Shown: positions 1 through 12,770 of the stretch, piece after piece
How the letters are laid out: the number at the start of each line of letters is the position of its first letter
Numbering within the stretch: the first letter of the stretch is position 1
NCBI GenBank assembly: GCA_964016885.1
Contig: OZ024743.1
Span: 123,380,001-123,444,000 of the forward strand
DNA: 64,000 nt
From: Eledone cirrhosa
Lineage: Eukaryota
Reading direction: 5' to 3'
Notes under the pieces: generated by a model
The model's input: only the letters and a program-made list of their open reading frames with translations
Told to the model about the DNA's origin: nothing
Database searches by the model: none
Program-made: the position numbers and the translations under genes

Positions 1-425
1 TAGCGGCGGTAGCGATAATGAGGCAGTGGTGGTGGTGATGTGATCGTAGTACTGTAGTGATGGTTTAGAAGTTGAAGTAGAAATAGAAGTTGAGGTAACT
101 TGACTAGAATTTTTGGCGTGGTAGTGGTGATGGTGGCGGTGGTGGTGTTGGTGGTGAAATTATTTGCCTGTCTGTCCACTTAGCCATTTTTCTCTTTTTC
201 GACTGTAACATTTCTGATCCAAAATTAAATATTAAATATTGGGGCTCTATGCCGTAATGTGATGCGTTGATGCCTGCTGAGGGTCAAAACTGTAATCTCA
301 TATTTTATTTGTCATAAGAATTATTCTATCACAGTTGTTTTAAATAAGTAAAAATCAAAAACTTACGGGAGCGATTCCATAACGATATATATCCACCGTG
401 TGCGTTTTCTTCCCATTATTATTAT

Positions 426-573
426 TATTTTTCATTGTTATTTTCATTGTTATTTTTGTTACATCCTCTGTTTTTGTTTTTTACACGCAGAAATGCCCAT
501 TTGTACCGTCCTGCATTGTCCTGCACTGTCCTTAATGTCTACTTTATGTAAACCCTTGTGGTTAATAAAGAAA

Positions 574-575
<2 letters not shown>
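426..575 (+). mobile_element. Tx1/L1-clade (TTA-associated family) 3' UTR fragment
   Basis: Near-identical to the reverse complement of 50853-50990; ends aataaagaaatc then (ATT)n; preceded by a short (ATT)n. Confidence 0.8.

Positions 576-670
<95 letters not shown>
576..670. repeat. (ATT)n microsatellite between a Tx1 3' end and a Dong 3' end
   Basis: Pure trinucleotide run seen directly. Confidence 0.95.
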
Positions 671-671
<1 letters not shown>

Positions 672-1365
672 GTTATTCCTTGAATCTCAGTCATTGATGT
701 TGGTTAACTGGAAAGTCCGTTGGAATGAATATCAAGCCACTACCTGCAGCCTCAGATATTCAGGACGTATCGGAGGGTTCTTGCTGTTCCAAGCAAGCAT
801 GCCTTTTGAAGCGTTCCAAAAAGCGTGAAGGGGCCGATTTTCTTTAACCATCCCTGGAAACTTTTGGAGATAGTCCCCAGTGCGCCTATGACAATCGGGA
901 TCACTTTGACTTCATGGCAGCTCCAAATCCTTTTCACCTCCCACTTTAGGTCCTGGTATCGGTTAATTTTCTCCCTCTCCTTCTCTTGCACTCTCGTGTC
1001 GAAAGGGCAGGCCACATCCACAATCAGATACGATCTTTTTTCTTTGTCCACAACCACCAGGTCAGGTCTATTGTGTTCCAGTTTTTTTGTCCGTCTGTAT
1101 CCTAAAATCCCACAGCACCTTCACCTGATTGTTCTCCATCACCGCCTCTGGCCTATGCTCATACCATTTCTCAGAATGTGGTAAATTGTTTACTTTGCAC
1201 AGGTGCCAGTGGATCACCCTGCCCATCACATCGTGTCTCCAGCCCTTATAGTGGGTCTGGGCTAGGTGTTTACACTCGGACACAATGTGAGCCACAGTCT
1301 CCTCTCTCTCTCCACAGATCCTGCACAGTGGGCTAGCCTCCTCCTTGTAAATATGGTGCTTCAAC
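671..1365 (-). mobile_element. R4/Dong-clade retrotransposon, 5'-truncated copy (CCHC + RLE + 3' UTR, one frameshift)
   Basis: ORFs 1068-1364 and 752-1057 match the C-terminus of the 1130-aa ORF (CRICGEREETVAHIVSEC; DVACPFD...LRYVLNI); (TAA)n on both sides. Confidence 0.93.
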
Positions 1366-1408
<43 letters not shown>

Positions 1409-2475
1409 GTTATTGTTATTCCTTGAATCTCAGTCATTGATGTTGGTTAACTGGAAAGTCCGTTGGATTGAATATCAAGCCACTACCTGCAGCCTCAGAT
1501 ATTCAGGACGTATCGGAGGGTTCTTGCCGTTCCAAGCAAGCATGCCTTTTGAAGCGTTCCAAAAAGCGTGAAGGGGCCGATTTTCTTTAACCATCCCTGG
1601 AAACCTTTGGAGATAGTCCCCAGTGCGCCTATGACAATCGGGATCACTTTGACTTCATGGCAGTTCCAAATCCTTTTCACCTCCCACTTTAGGTCCTGGT
1701 ATCGGTTAATTTTCTCCCTCTCCTTCTCTTGCACTCTCGTGTCGAACGGGCAGGCCACATCCACAATCAGGCACGATCTTTTTTCTTTGTCCACAACCAC
1801 CAGGTCAGGTCTATTGTGCTCCAGTTTTTTGTCCGTCTGTATCCTAAAATCCCACAGCACCTTCACCTGACTGTTCTCCATCACCGCCTCTGGCCTATGC
1901 TCATACCATTTCTCAGAATGTGGTAGATTGTTTACTTTGCACTCTCCATTTCCAACCTAATCTCTCTGCTCAGTTCCTCCAGTTCCAGCTCGCTTATCCA
2001 CCCATTAGTTCTTATTACCCGAGCCTGCCCGGCCAATTTTTGTTCATCTAATTTAAATAAACCAATCTCGTTCCAGATGTTATGCATCCGTCTCCTGTAG
2101 CCCCTCTCCTTGGGGTTACTTTTCAGGTAGCATTGCATAACAGTTCTATTCAATTCTTTCGTCCAGTTGGTTCTGGCCCCTTTCCTTCTTCTTCTTCCTC
2201 CAACATCAGCAGTATTTGGTTGACAGTCAGGTTCCTGCTGCTGAGCCAGGGGGCACCTGTTGGGTGAGAGTCTGTCACATGACGTTCTAGTCTCCATTTC
2301 ACCGTTATTCGAACTGTTTATGTTCGATATTTAAACACTCTTATCGAGGATTGGCGAATGTATGTTTACATAGCCATCTGTGGATCCGCCATCCCACTTG
2401 GCCCTTGTGTGGCATTATCACCACGCTGTATACGGACACACATAAACAAACAAACACACGGGCAGAAAGGGCCCC
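1409..2475 (-). mobile_element. R4/Dong-clade copy with a large internal deletion (5' UTR + N-terminal ~115 codons fused to RLE + 3' UTR)
   Basis: ORF 1932-2297 matches METRTSCD...ELEELSRE of 51791; ORF 1495-1884 matches its C-terminus; RT is absent; junction near 1940. Confidence 0.92.
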
Positions 2476-2868
2476 AAAAATGAATAAGCATAAGTTTCAT
2501 TGTAATGTAGTATTCGAATGTCTGACTTAGTTTTTGTTTTTTAAGTTTTACTTTTTCCCCCCTCTTCTCTGTCCGTCCGCCTGCTTCTCTCTTCATTCTT
2601 ATTTTCTTTACGTTTTTGGGGTTTCTTTTTTTGTTTTTGTTTTTCTCTGTTTTTCTCGTTTTTTACTGTTGTTGCTGTGCTGCTTTTGTTGTTTGTTTTT
2701 TCTTTTTTCTTTTGAGTCTATCTATATATTTTGATGCCTTCCTCTTTGTTAGTAGTAGGAATTCTATAATGTGGAAGTGGTAGCCAGCAGAGACTGGCGG
2801 CGTTGGCGATACTGAGACAGTGGTGGTGGTGATGTCGATACCGAGGCAGTGGTGGCGGTGATGCGACC

Positions 2869-3517
2869 GTATTACTGTAGTGATGGTGCTGTAGCGGTGG
2901 CAGCAGCAGTGAAGGAGTCAGGGGGTGGTGGCGGCGGTGATGGGATAGTGGTGGTAATGATGGCCGTAGTGAGCGGTGGCGGTGAAGGTGAAAATGCTGT
3001 TGTGTTCAGTGTACACAGATGATGGGGTGGGTGGTGTATCTAGTTTCTGGTGTTGGTGAGTTTCGCTGTCCTATATAGTGTAGCCAGAGGAGAGGAGGGG
3101 GGGGGGGTTCTTCTTCTTCCATTTATAGCCATTTTATTTTTTTTTTTTTTGGATATACAGTGTACAATACAAAGTTGAATATTTGAATATTTGAGCCGTA
3201 TTACTGTAGTGATGGTGCTGTAGCGGTGGCAGCAGCAGTGAAGGAGTCAAGGGGTGGTGGCGGCGGTGATGGGATAGTGGTGGTAATGATGGCCGTAGTG
3301 AGCGGTGGCGGTGAAGGTGAAAATGCTGTTGTGTTCAGTGTACACAGATGATGGGGTGGGTGGTGTATCTAGTTTCTGGTGTTGGTGAGTTTAGCTGTCC
3401 TATATAGTGTAGCCAGAGGAGAGGAGGGGGGGGGGGGTTTCTTCTTCTTCCATTTATAGCCATTTTTTTTTGGATATACAGTGTACAATACAAAGTTGAA
3501 TATTTGAATATTTGAGC
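2869..3517. repeat. Tandem duplication of a ~325-bp GGT-rich unit
   Basis: gtattactgtagtgatggtgctgtagcgg...gaatatttgagcc occurs at ~2869-3197 and ~3198-3517, nearly identical. Confidence 0.9.
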
Positions 3518-3695
3518 CTTATAACAATATATTTTGGGTCCGAATTTTTTGGGGGCTCAAGCCGGGTGCTTTACGTAGCATTTGTACTAAGAGTTGTTAT
3601 TTCACAAATGATTTAAATATGTTAAAAATTCAAAACTTACGGGAGCGATTTCATGACCTCCGTCACCTCGTGCGTCTTCTTCCCTTATTATTCCC

Positions 3696-3748
<53 letters not shown>

Positions 3749-5459
3749 GCGTCCCACGCGAACTAGGATGCGGGAAATCCGAGTTGGCTTACGCTGACGA
3801 CGTCACCGTGGTGGTGTCGAGCACCAAACACGTCCAGATACTCGGCACCGCTCTCAAGGAATACGAAGCGGTGACAGGAGCAAAGATAAACCGGGAAAAG
3901 TCGGTGGGCTTGCAGCTCGGCACCTGGAGAGGCAAGTCCATGTCGTCCGACAGAGTCGTGGGGCGTTGGACCGACGGACCGGTTAAATTGCTCGGGGTCT
4001 GGTTCGGACCGGACCTCCAGATGGAGAAAAACTGGAACGAGGTGACGAGCAGGGTGGCCTCCCTCACCCAGAAATGAGCTAAGAGGAAGCTGTCCCACGA
4101 AGGCCGGGCGGAGGTGGCGAATGCGTACATCGCATCCGTCATCTGCTACTGCCTCACCGTCGTCCCTTGCTCCAGCCCAACTCTCACCAAAATGGAGCGC
4201 CTCCTCTTCCGCTTTTTGTGGAAGGGACGCGCTCCCATGGTCAGACGTTCCATCTGCTGTCAACACCCGTTGCGTGGAGGACTGGACATGCCATGGCTGA
4301 TGATGCGCAAACATGCGCTGAGGCTGCGACATCTCTGGTGCTTCCTTGATGGTGAACAGGTGTGGTCGCCGTTCGCCAGACACATTTTCCCACAGCTCGT
4401 CTCCTTGACGGAGCTGCAGTCCTGGGTCAGAAAAAGACCGAGGGATAGCGCTTGGAAACTGGAATGTCTCCAGGCGCTCACTGTCCTCTGCCAGCTGGGC
4501 ACCGGTATCGGTGGAACATCCACCTCGGCGTTCTATAGAGTACTAGTGGAGGGGAAGAGTGACGACATTCTCGGAGAGATCCTGGACGTCGAAGAAGATC
4601 AGCTGTTTGCTCTCTTCCGGGGAACTTTCAGCCCGGGGCCTATGGATAACTTCCAAAAATCCCTGGCCTGGCAGTGCTACCGGGGAGCGCTGCCGGTTCG
4701 AGATAAGCTCTACAGGGACGGAAGTGCCGTCAGCTGAGCCTGTCCGAGATGCGCGCAGAGCGGCGAAACCGTCGTGCACGCACTCATTCAGTGCCTGAGC
4801 ATTGCTGACTTGTGGAGCTATGTCGAACAGTTGCTGTCGCGTGTGGGACTGATCCGGTTGTCGACTGAGTCCATTGTACAGATGGTCTCGCCGTCCTCCT
4901 TCGAAGAGGAAGGGCAGGCGGTTTTCATCTGCCTGGTGGCCATGGCGAAAGAGATTGTGTGGTGAACAAGGTTAAAAGGGTTAAAGACAGACACTTTCCT
5001 CTTCGGCGAATCCCTAATTAACTTTTACAAGTTTCACTTGAAGAGGAAAGTCAGGGTGGGGAGGCAAGTGCTGCTTTCTAGCAAGTTTGTTGAAAGGTGG
5101 GTGAATGTAGCGAGAATGGTCCGAGTGAACGGAACCGCTCTGAATATACGTCTGTAGTTTGAGAGGTGGAAAAATTTAGGGAGGGCGCTTGCCCTGGTGG
5201 TCAGGGTGGCCGTGGTCTTTTGTGTGGTTTTCGCCACGAGTAACCCTCGGAGATTTCCCCTCTATTGGGGAATTTTTCATTGTTTCAATTTTCATTTTTA
5301 TTGTTTATATATATATATATGTTTCTATGTCTTTATTTCTTTTCTTATATAAATAATAAAAATATTTACACGCACAAAACCCACATCGTACCGTCCTGTA
5401 CCGTCCGGTGCCGTCTGTAATGTTTTCCTTGATGTCAGCCCTTGTGGCCAATAAAGAAA

Positions 5460-5461
<2 letters not shown>
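3749..5461 (+). mobile_element. Tx1/L1-clade ORF2 3' portion, 5'-truncated, with in-frame stops
   Basis: AYADDVTV RT motif, KLLGVWFG, RGGLDMP, C-terminal Cys/His region; 3' UTR ends aataaagaaatc; (ATT)n on both flanks; homologous to ORF 46779-48197. Confidence 0.9.
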
Positions 5462-5515
<54 letters not shown>

Positions 5516-5516
5516 G

Positions 5517-5652
5517 TCTTCAGGCGCTCACGTCCCTCAACCAGTCGGGCAATATGATCGGTGGAAACTCCACCTTGGCGTTCTATAGAGGATTAGTGGA
5601 GTGGAAGAGCGACGACGTACTTGGAAAAACTCTAGGCGTCGACGAAAATTAA
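5517..5652 (+). mobile_element. Short internal Tx1 ORF2 fragment between (ATT)n tracts
   Basis: Diverged homolog of 4465-4600 (caggcgctcac...ggcgttctatagag). Confidence 0.7.
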
Positions 5653-5679
5653 CTATTATTATTATTATTATTATTATTA

Positions 5680-5868
5680 GGGCGCTGGATTGGCAGTATC
5701 GGTAGAGGGTCGAACGCCATGTTTTCCTGCATAGTTACGTCCCTTTACGATATGAGTTCAACTCCCGCCGAGGTTGACTTTGCCTTTCATCCTTACGGGG
5801 TCGATAAAATAAAGTAGCAGTAATGCACTGGGTAATTGCTGGCCTTGTGCCTAAAGTAGAAACAATTA
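5680..5868 (+). mobile_element. tRNA-headed SINE (cephalopod OR/Nin-domain-like), short form
   Basis: A-box-like tggcagtatcggtag, B-box-like gagttcaactccc, core actttgcctttcatccttacggggtcgataaa, tail ggccttgtgcctaaagtagaaac. Confidence 0.85.
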
Positions 5869-6149
5869 TTTATATATATATATAGTAATTAGTAAAAACT
5901 TAATATAGGACCCACTTACTAGATAGAAGCCGATAAGAATGCAAGCCAGCCAAAAGAAAGTTGGCTCTGGAAAAATGAAAGTGCCCATGACTATCCGCAG
6001 TACATAAGTAACCTATGTCTTAAGTTTGGTGAAAATACTGTAGAAATGCGTGTGTGTGTGTTTGTGTGTGTGTATGTATTTGTGTGTGCGTATGTATATA
6101 TAACCTCTGTCATTTTCGCTTACAATTTTATTTACATCATTCTTAATCT

Positions 6150-6446
6150 CCGGGGCTGGATATCATTCGGTTATTTTAAATAGAATATTAGTCTAACGAC
6201 TCCATTTATACCGTAAACTTGGTGTCGTCTTTGCATGAAATTGTTTTTCTCGGTCCACATAACGTATTATCCTCGCTTTTTTCCGTTGATTACCACGGAA
6301 CGTCTTCACGAACCAAAATATCGTCTTCCTGTTTTCCTTCGGTTGCAACGTTTCTCGAAATATTTAATTAAGCGTTCACAGATTGAATTTTTTAGTTTAA
6401 GAAGATCCCGTTAATGTTGAAAGCAGCGATTCTTTGCTTAAACTTT
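6150..6446 (-). repeat. Dispersed repeat, probably a Penelope-like pLTR remnant; related sequence at 16540-16620, 33370-33780 and 58665-58850
   Basis: Shared aagtttaagcaaagaatcgctgctttca and flanks; 6150-6446 is a diverged reverse complement of 33470-33780. Confidence 0.6.
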
Positions 6447-7354
6447 CTTTCTTTCTCAACCCAACTCCCTTTTTTCTCATACCCTCTCTCCCTCTTTGTC
6501 TCTCTCTCTCTCTTACTCATACCCCCTCTCTCTCTCTCTTCCTCTACAGAATGGAGAACAATAAAGAACGCGCAGATCTCCTCCCCCTCTCTCTCTCTCT
6601 CTCTCTCTCTGTCTTTATATATATATATGTGTGTGTGTGTGTGTGAACCAGCGTTCGTCGACATTCTCTATCTCTCTCTCTCTATATCTGATTATCTTGT
6701 AACTCTCTCTGTATAACGACCTATCTCATTCTCTCTCTCTCTCTCTCTCTACATCTCTCTTTCTCTCTTTAGATGTATATGTATATGTGTGTGTGTGTGT
6801 GATATATATATAGAGAGAGTGTTGCAACATGTATGTAGTTCATAGATTTTTTAGAGTAGTAGTGAGAGGAATTAAGCGTGTAAGAGAGAGGGTTACAGCA
6901 TGTATTTAGTTTTATCAATTTTTTTTTCATAGAAGCAGGACATTTTTGGCAAAGTTTATTACGCCTTGACCAGCCTTGGTAAATTTGGAGCACATTGGAA
7001 AAAAATCATCAAAATCGGTAGAGAAATCTGGAAATGCATAAAAATCATACACACACACACAGACATACATCTTCCGTTTTATATATATAGAGACTAGCAG
7101 AAAACCACCCACCGGGTGGTTTTCTGATAGTATATATATATATTACACACACAGAAATGTATATATATTTCTGTGTGTATATATATATTATATATTACAC
7201 ACACAGAAATGTATATATATTTCTGTGTGTATATATATATATATTACACACATAGAAATGTATATATATATTTCTGTGTGTATATATATATATTTCTGTG
7301 TGTGTATATATATATATATATTACACACACACAGAAATGTATATATGTTTCTGT

Positions 7355-7652
7355 AGCACTCCTCAATTCCCCCCTTTCTCCCTCACGCTATCCTCCTCTT
7401 GTAGTCTGTCTCTTTCTTTCACTCTCACTCTCTGTCTACGCGTGCGCAAAAAACATTCGCACGCGCGCACGTGTTTTAGCGTCTATTCACTCTCTCTCTC
7501 TCCCTCTCTCCCTCCCGCTATCCCCCTCTCGTAGTCTGTCTCTTTCTTTCACTCTCACTCTCTCTCTACGCGTGCGCAAAAAACATTCGCACGCGCGCAC
7601 GTGTTTCCACTGTCAGACAGACAGAGAAATTGCTGGTTATATATTATAAGGA
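7355..7652. repeat. CT-rich internally repeated element (Helentron/DINE-like end); second copy at 8497-8658
   Basis: Repeated tccccctctcgtagtctgtctctttctttcactctcac blocks ending cagacagacagagaaattg..ggttatatat. Confidence 0.5.
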
Positions 7653-8902
7653 GATTACATATACATATGTAACTATGTATATGATCATCATCATCCCCAT
7701 TATATATATATAATATGGGCCGAAGCCGAAAAAAATTTTGTTTGGCAGCTCTAATTGCGCCTTAATTTTATTCAAAAAATTGTATACTAACATATTCGAA
7801 TACCAGGCACTATTGGAATCAACAATAGCAGCGTCCTGAGAGTCATTACAAAACACAAATTCGCGAGAATTAGTGTTTAAGGCTTGGAAGGTGGTAAAAA
7901 AATCCACAAAATCTTCCATTCTTTTTAAAAAAAAAAATTATTTTTAATAATATTTAAATAACTGGAGGATAGAAAAAAATATTCCTATGAAATTTTAATC
8001 ATACCATTAGGTGTGAATAAGGAAATATTTTTTTATTGTCAAAACAAATGTTCAAAAGTTAAACTTCAATTTTTTGAATTATTTCCAATTTTTTCATGAA
8101 ATTGAATACTGGACATTGGCTGCTGGAAATGGAAACTAAATCGTATTTAATTGTATTTAAATTTTTAACCTTATTTTATTATTTATATTTTTTCAATAAG
8201 AAATAAAAAAAACAACAACAAAAATTAAAGAAAAAAATTGAACAAATCAAACGTAGGTTATGGAACTGCGCAATCTGATTAATAAATTACCTCATCAGCA
8301 GCAACCTTCTTCAAATGGTCATTATTATCAGCAGCAACAACCACAAATTCAATGGCAACCTTCTTCGCATGGAGTCAAGTCAGAACCGCCTCGAACTGGT
8401 TACTTCTGGCTTGTGCAAGGTGTCTCTATAGCAACCAGCGATTCCCTCGACCTCAGTGACCAAAGTCAGTGGAGAGGGGAAGGTAATGTTTCTATAGCAC
8501 GTGTTTTAGCGTCTACTCACTCTCTCTCTCTCCCTCTTTCCCTCCCGCTATCCCCCTCTCGTAGTCTGTCTCTTTCTTTCACTCTCACTCTCTCTCTACG
8601 CACGTGTTTCCACTGTCGGACAGACAGACAGAGAAATTGTTGGTTATATATATAAGTAGATAACTGTACATTTTCTATCTGCCTGTCACATGAACGCTGC
8701 GATGTGTGACAGGCATTCTGATATTTGTATTTACAATTTATAGAACAGAAATATGACAAAACATTTAGGGGTGCAAATTCTTTTTAATGTTCTTCAATAC
8801 TTTCATTTATATTAAACATCTGCTCTCTCTCCCTTTCAACTTACTCTCTCCCTACTCTCTCTTTCTTTCTCTTTCTCTCTCTAATATGAATATATATATA
8901 TA

Positions 8903-8989
<87 letters not shown>

Positions 8990-10164
8990 ATATATATATA
9001 TAAATATAAATATGTGTAGTTATATATATATAATTTACAAACATACTATATACTATAGTATACTATATCTAAATTATAGATTTAAGTTCCTTAAAGAAAA
9101 CCAGCGTAGTCTAGACCATTGCCTCGTACTAGTGACTAGTGATGTTTTACCGATTCTTGTTGTAGTCCTTTAGCAGAACCACTTTTATTTGAATTTAGCT
9201 TAAAACCTACTGATACAAGTGGGGACCAGCATGAAAGCACATAGCTCCCTTCAAGAATCTCTCACTTCTTTGTATTGAGCAAATCCTGCCAGCATCCTTT
9301 CTTGCTTCCGTCGTTTGTCCTTCATGTACAAAATATGTGTGTTTAATTTAAGATATAAATTAAGATATAAATTCATCACTGAGACATGCACATACATATT
9401 CGATGTTTATCTGAATATAAACAAAGAACTACATTTCAGAGTGAAAGAATGTGTTATAAACGCATTTATTGAATGCTACATAATACTACTAATTTTCATT
9501 TCATTTATATAATTTGTCGCCAATTTGTAAATTCAAAACACCTTTTGGCAGGCTATTTTAAATTTAAATTGCCAGAGCTTATGCGTTCAGTAGACAAAAT
9601 CAAAATAGTTTCTGCTCCGTTGATTTAAACATTATCTTTTTTAGTCCAAGATCAAAGCACCTTTAACGCAATGAAATTTTGAAAGTTATTTACTTTAATC
9701 AATAGCAATTTCAAGTAGCCCTGCAAATGAAGTTTAAAAATACTTTCTTCTTATTGTTCTTATTATGTTGATATTGCGTTCTTGAATTTGTTTCTAGTAA
9801 TTGTTAGGTTGTGTTATTGTTCCTCTAGTTATTATTGTTATTTTTATTAGTTTTATGATGCTGTAGTTGTTTAGTTCTAGTGTAACCCTGATATGGTTAA
9901 AAGCAATTTAACCTTAAATTTTCTGAATATTTTCATGTATAACATTATATATTGTGTTATTTTTAAAGATGGTGAAACGTAATTTAAGGAAGACCTTATA
10001 GAGGCCTCCTTGAGGGGTTGATGTTTTTCATTATTAGTTTTATTGTCGTTATAGGTGGTATTTTATGTAAGCGTCATTGCTGTTATTCTTATTATGGTTT
10101 TTGGTAGGGTTATGAGCATAGATGTATATCATTGTGCTTGTATAGTTACGAGAATGTGTCTATT

Positions 10165-10455
10165 TTGTTGCATTGGCTTGCCTTTTATTTCGATAATCAG
10201 GAAAAAGCGGACAATAAACAGGATAAATTGGGGTTTAAAACTTATAATAACCCTCCAAGAAACCCAGCATTGCTACCCTTCGAAAATGATGTCTTGGAAC
10301 TCATATGGAGTATCACATTTCGGAATAGGAGCAATTCCTTCCAGCAGGACCTGAAGAATAGAATTCGTTCTATTAAGGATTCTAATGCCGTGCACGTCCA
10401 CTCCGACAAAACTGGCAATCTATATCAAGTGGAGCGCAGTACTTACCATCAACTG

Positions 10456-10457
<2 letters not shown>
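10165..10457 (+). mobile_element. Naiad-type Penelope-like element N-terminal fragment
   Basis: GFKTYNNPP..LLPFENDV...VHSDKTGNLY aligns with GFNTYKSPP..LSPFENDL...VHSDKTGNLY of ORF 23243-24010. Confidence 0.8.
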
Positions 10458-10489
<32 letters not shown>

Positions 10490-12124
10490 TTATTTCAGTT
10501 GCATTGCCATTGGACTTTTATATACATATAACTGTTCTACTTGCACAATAATATTGATATTCCTTCCAGTTACATATTTGCATCCAGTATAATGTTCAAG
10601 TATTTATATACCATTTGAGTATGTGCGTGTCTGTTTGTTTGTTTCTTTACGTGTGTTTACCTTTTCACTTTTTTGTACAAGAGATAACAGTTTGAAAGAC
10701 ACTTGTAATGGTACTTTGTAAAGTATGATGCATTCGTATATGTAAACTGTTGGTATTTAAAACCTTTAGGCTTGGATCTGAAAGAAAGCGTGCGTATGCA
10801 AGACAGAGTGAAGCTGTCTCTGCATATGTATCTTTAGTGGTTGCTTATATGTGTATAAATAGGCTTTTAGTCTACACGTTAGTGAGAGAGTATGAAAGCA
10901 TGAAGTATTCGCCTATGTTTGCGTGTGGCTACATTGCCATTAAATAACCGAATTGAATTTAAAAGAAGCTATTTAATGCTTGATTAATTCCGCTAGTTAA
11001 TGTCGCCAGGAAAGAATTCAAAATCTCTCTTACTTTTTTAAAGACGATAATAAAGAAGACCAAATAGTAACAAAGGCACTGATTTTTATAACGATAATGA
11101 TAAAGACATTGGCGATGACGATGGCAAAGATGAGCGAACAGCGTTCCTTTTTATTATGATGCAAGACATTTTTGTAATTAAAGAAGAGTGAATAGTGATT
11201 TTGATTGAACACGGTTTATTAAAGGTACTGATTTGATCGAAGCGGAATGGTCAACAAAGAGAATATTGCAACTCAGGAAGTCATTTCTGCTTAACAGACG
11301 AACTCTCTAACTTCTACAACTATTCAACTTGCATAATAATATTCATTTCGCTAAGGTAACTACATGTGTATTCTAAGATAAACAACTAATTTCTGTTAGA
11401 GAATTGATCGAATTAATTGACGTCAATGTAATAATTACAATTATTTTATCGATGTGGGAAAGTGAAGACAGAAAACGCATTAACGTCACTGCCAATTGCC
11501 CTGGCCGTGACTCATATATTTAGACGACCCATATATTATGGTACCAAACTGAGTGCTTGGGTGTGGCACACAAACCACGCCTATCGCCACACGTTGTGCT
11601 TCGTCCTAAAGACCAAGCGCACCCTTTCATATGCATTTTCTCTGTCGTAGATGCGTCTTTCAAATTTCCATTTGTGAGCATATAAAATCCCCCTCGGATT
11701 CCCTCCTTGCACGTTTCTGGATTATTTCTCTGTTGAGAAGGCACTCTCCCATGCTTAATTTTTCTTGGCACTGGCGTATTTCCAACATGTCTTTCTGACT
11801 GGTTATCTTACCAAAATTGTGGCTTTCACCATATATTGGAAACCACCATCTATTGCTACCAATATTGGGTACTACGTGTAAAAATATATTTTCCGAAAAG
11901 TGTTTGACAGTAAAAAAAAAAATCAAAATTATATTACTCACTGAAACGGAAGGAAGAACACAAAAAAGGCTCCACATTCTCTGAGTAACAGGTCCACACA
12001 AACACGACATAAACATTATCCTATTTGGAAAGTAACTTGATATATTTATTACAACTCACGTGTTCGGAAAAAGAAGAAACAAATCTACTGTTGGCTATTC
12101 TATGAATCAATTATTTCGAGGCTA

Positions 12125-12312
12125 GCAATGTGAGAGGTAAAATTGATTACATCGACTCCAGTACTCCACTGGTACTTTATTCTATCGACCTCTGAAGGAT
12201 GGAAAGCGAAGTTCATATCGATGGGATTTGAAAAAAGGACGTAGATGGCCTTAACAAAATACTTCAATGTATTTCATCTGACGCACTAACGATTCTGTCC
12301 ATCCAACACCTT
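12125..12312 (-). mobile_element. Diverged SINE copy
   Basis: ctggtactttattctatcgacc..gaaggatggaaagcgaag core on the reverse strand. Confidence 0.6.
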
Positions 12313-12454
12313 TACTCAGTTTAATAATACTAGTGATTTCTAAAGTCAGAATTGAATATAGATTGAGAATAGTCTTTTGAATGGACATCAGTAATGCTTG
12401 GTTTGTATTTATCTACTCATCCATCGTTTTCGTTAATAATATTCTTCTAATAAT

Positions 12455-12770
12455 GGTTTCTTATATTGGCACAAGCCCAGCAATTTGGGGGTAGGGAAAG
12501 TCGATTAAATCGATCCCACTGCGTGAGTGGTACTTTATTATATCGACCCTGTAAGGATGAAAGGCAAAGTTAACCTCAGTGGGATTTGAACTCAGACCAT
12601 AATGGGCCGTAACTCTATGCTGCAAAACATGGCGTCCGACCCTCTACCGATACTGCCAATCCACCGCCTTGTATTCTTCTAATAATGGTTTCTTATATAG
12701 GCACAAGGCCAGCAATTGGGGGGGGGGGGGAGACGTTTAAATCGACCCCAATAGTGCCAATCCACCGCTT
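12455..12770 (-). mobile_element. SINE long form plus an adjacent internally deleted tandem copy
   Basis: Full head, core and tail at 12455-12669; tail+head remnant at 12686-12768; tattcttctaataat occurs three times at the boundaries. Confidence 0.85.

Noticed and set aside
8260-8655. Gln-rich ORF as a host gene
   Set aside because: It runs into a CT-rich repeat, has no recognisable domain and no splice support.
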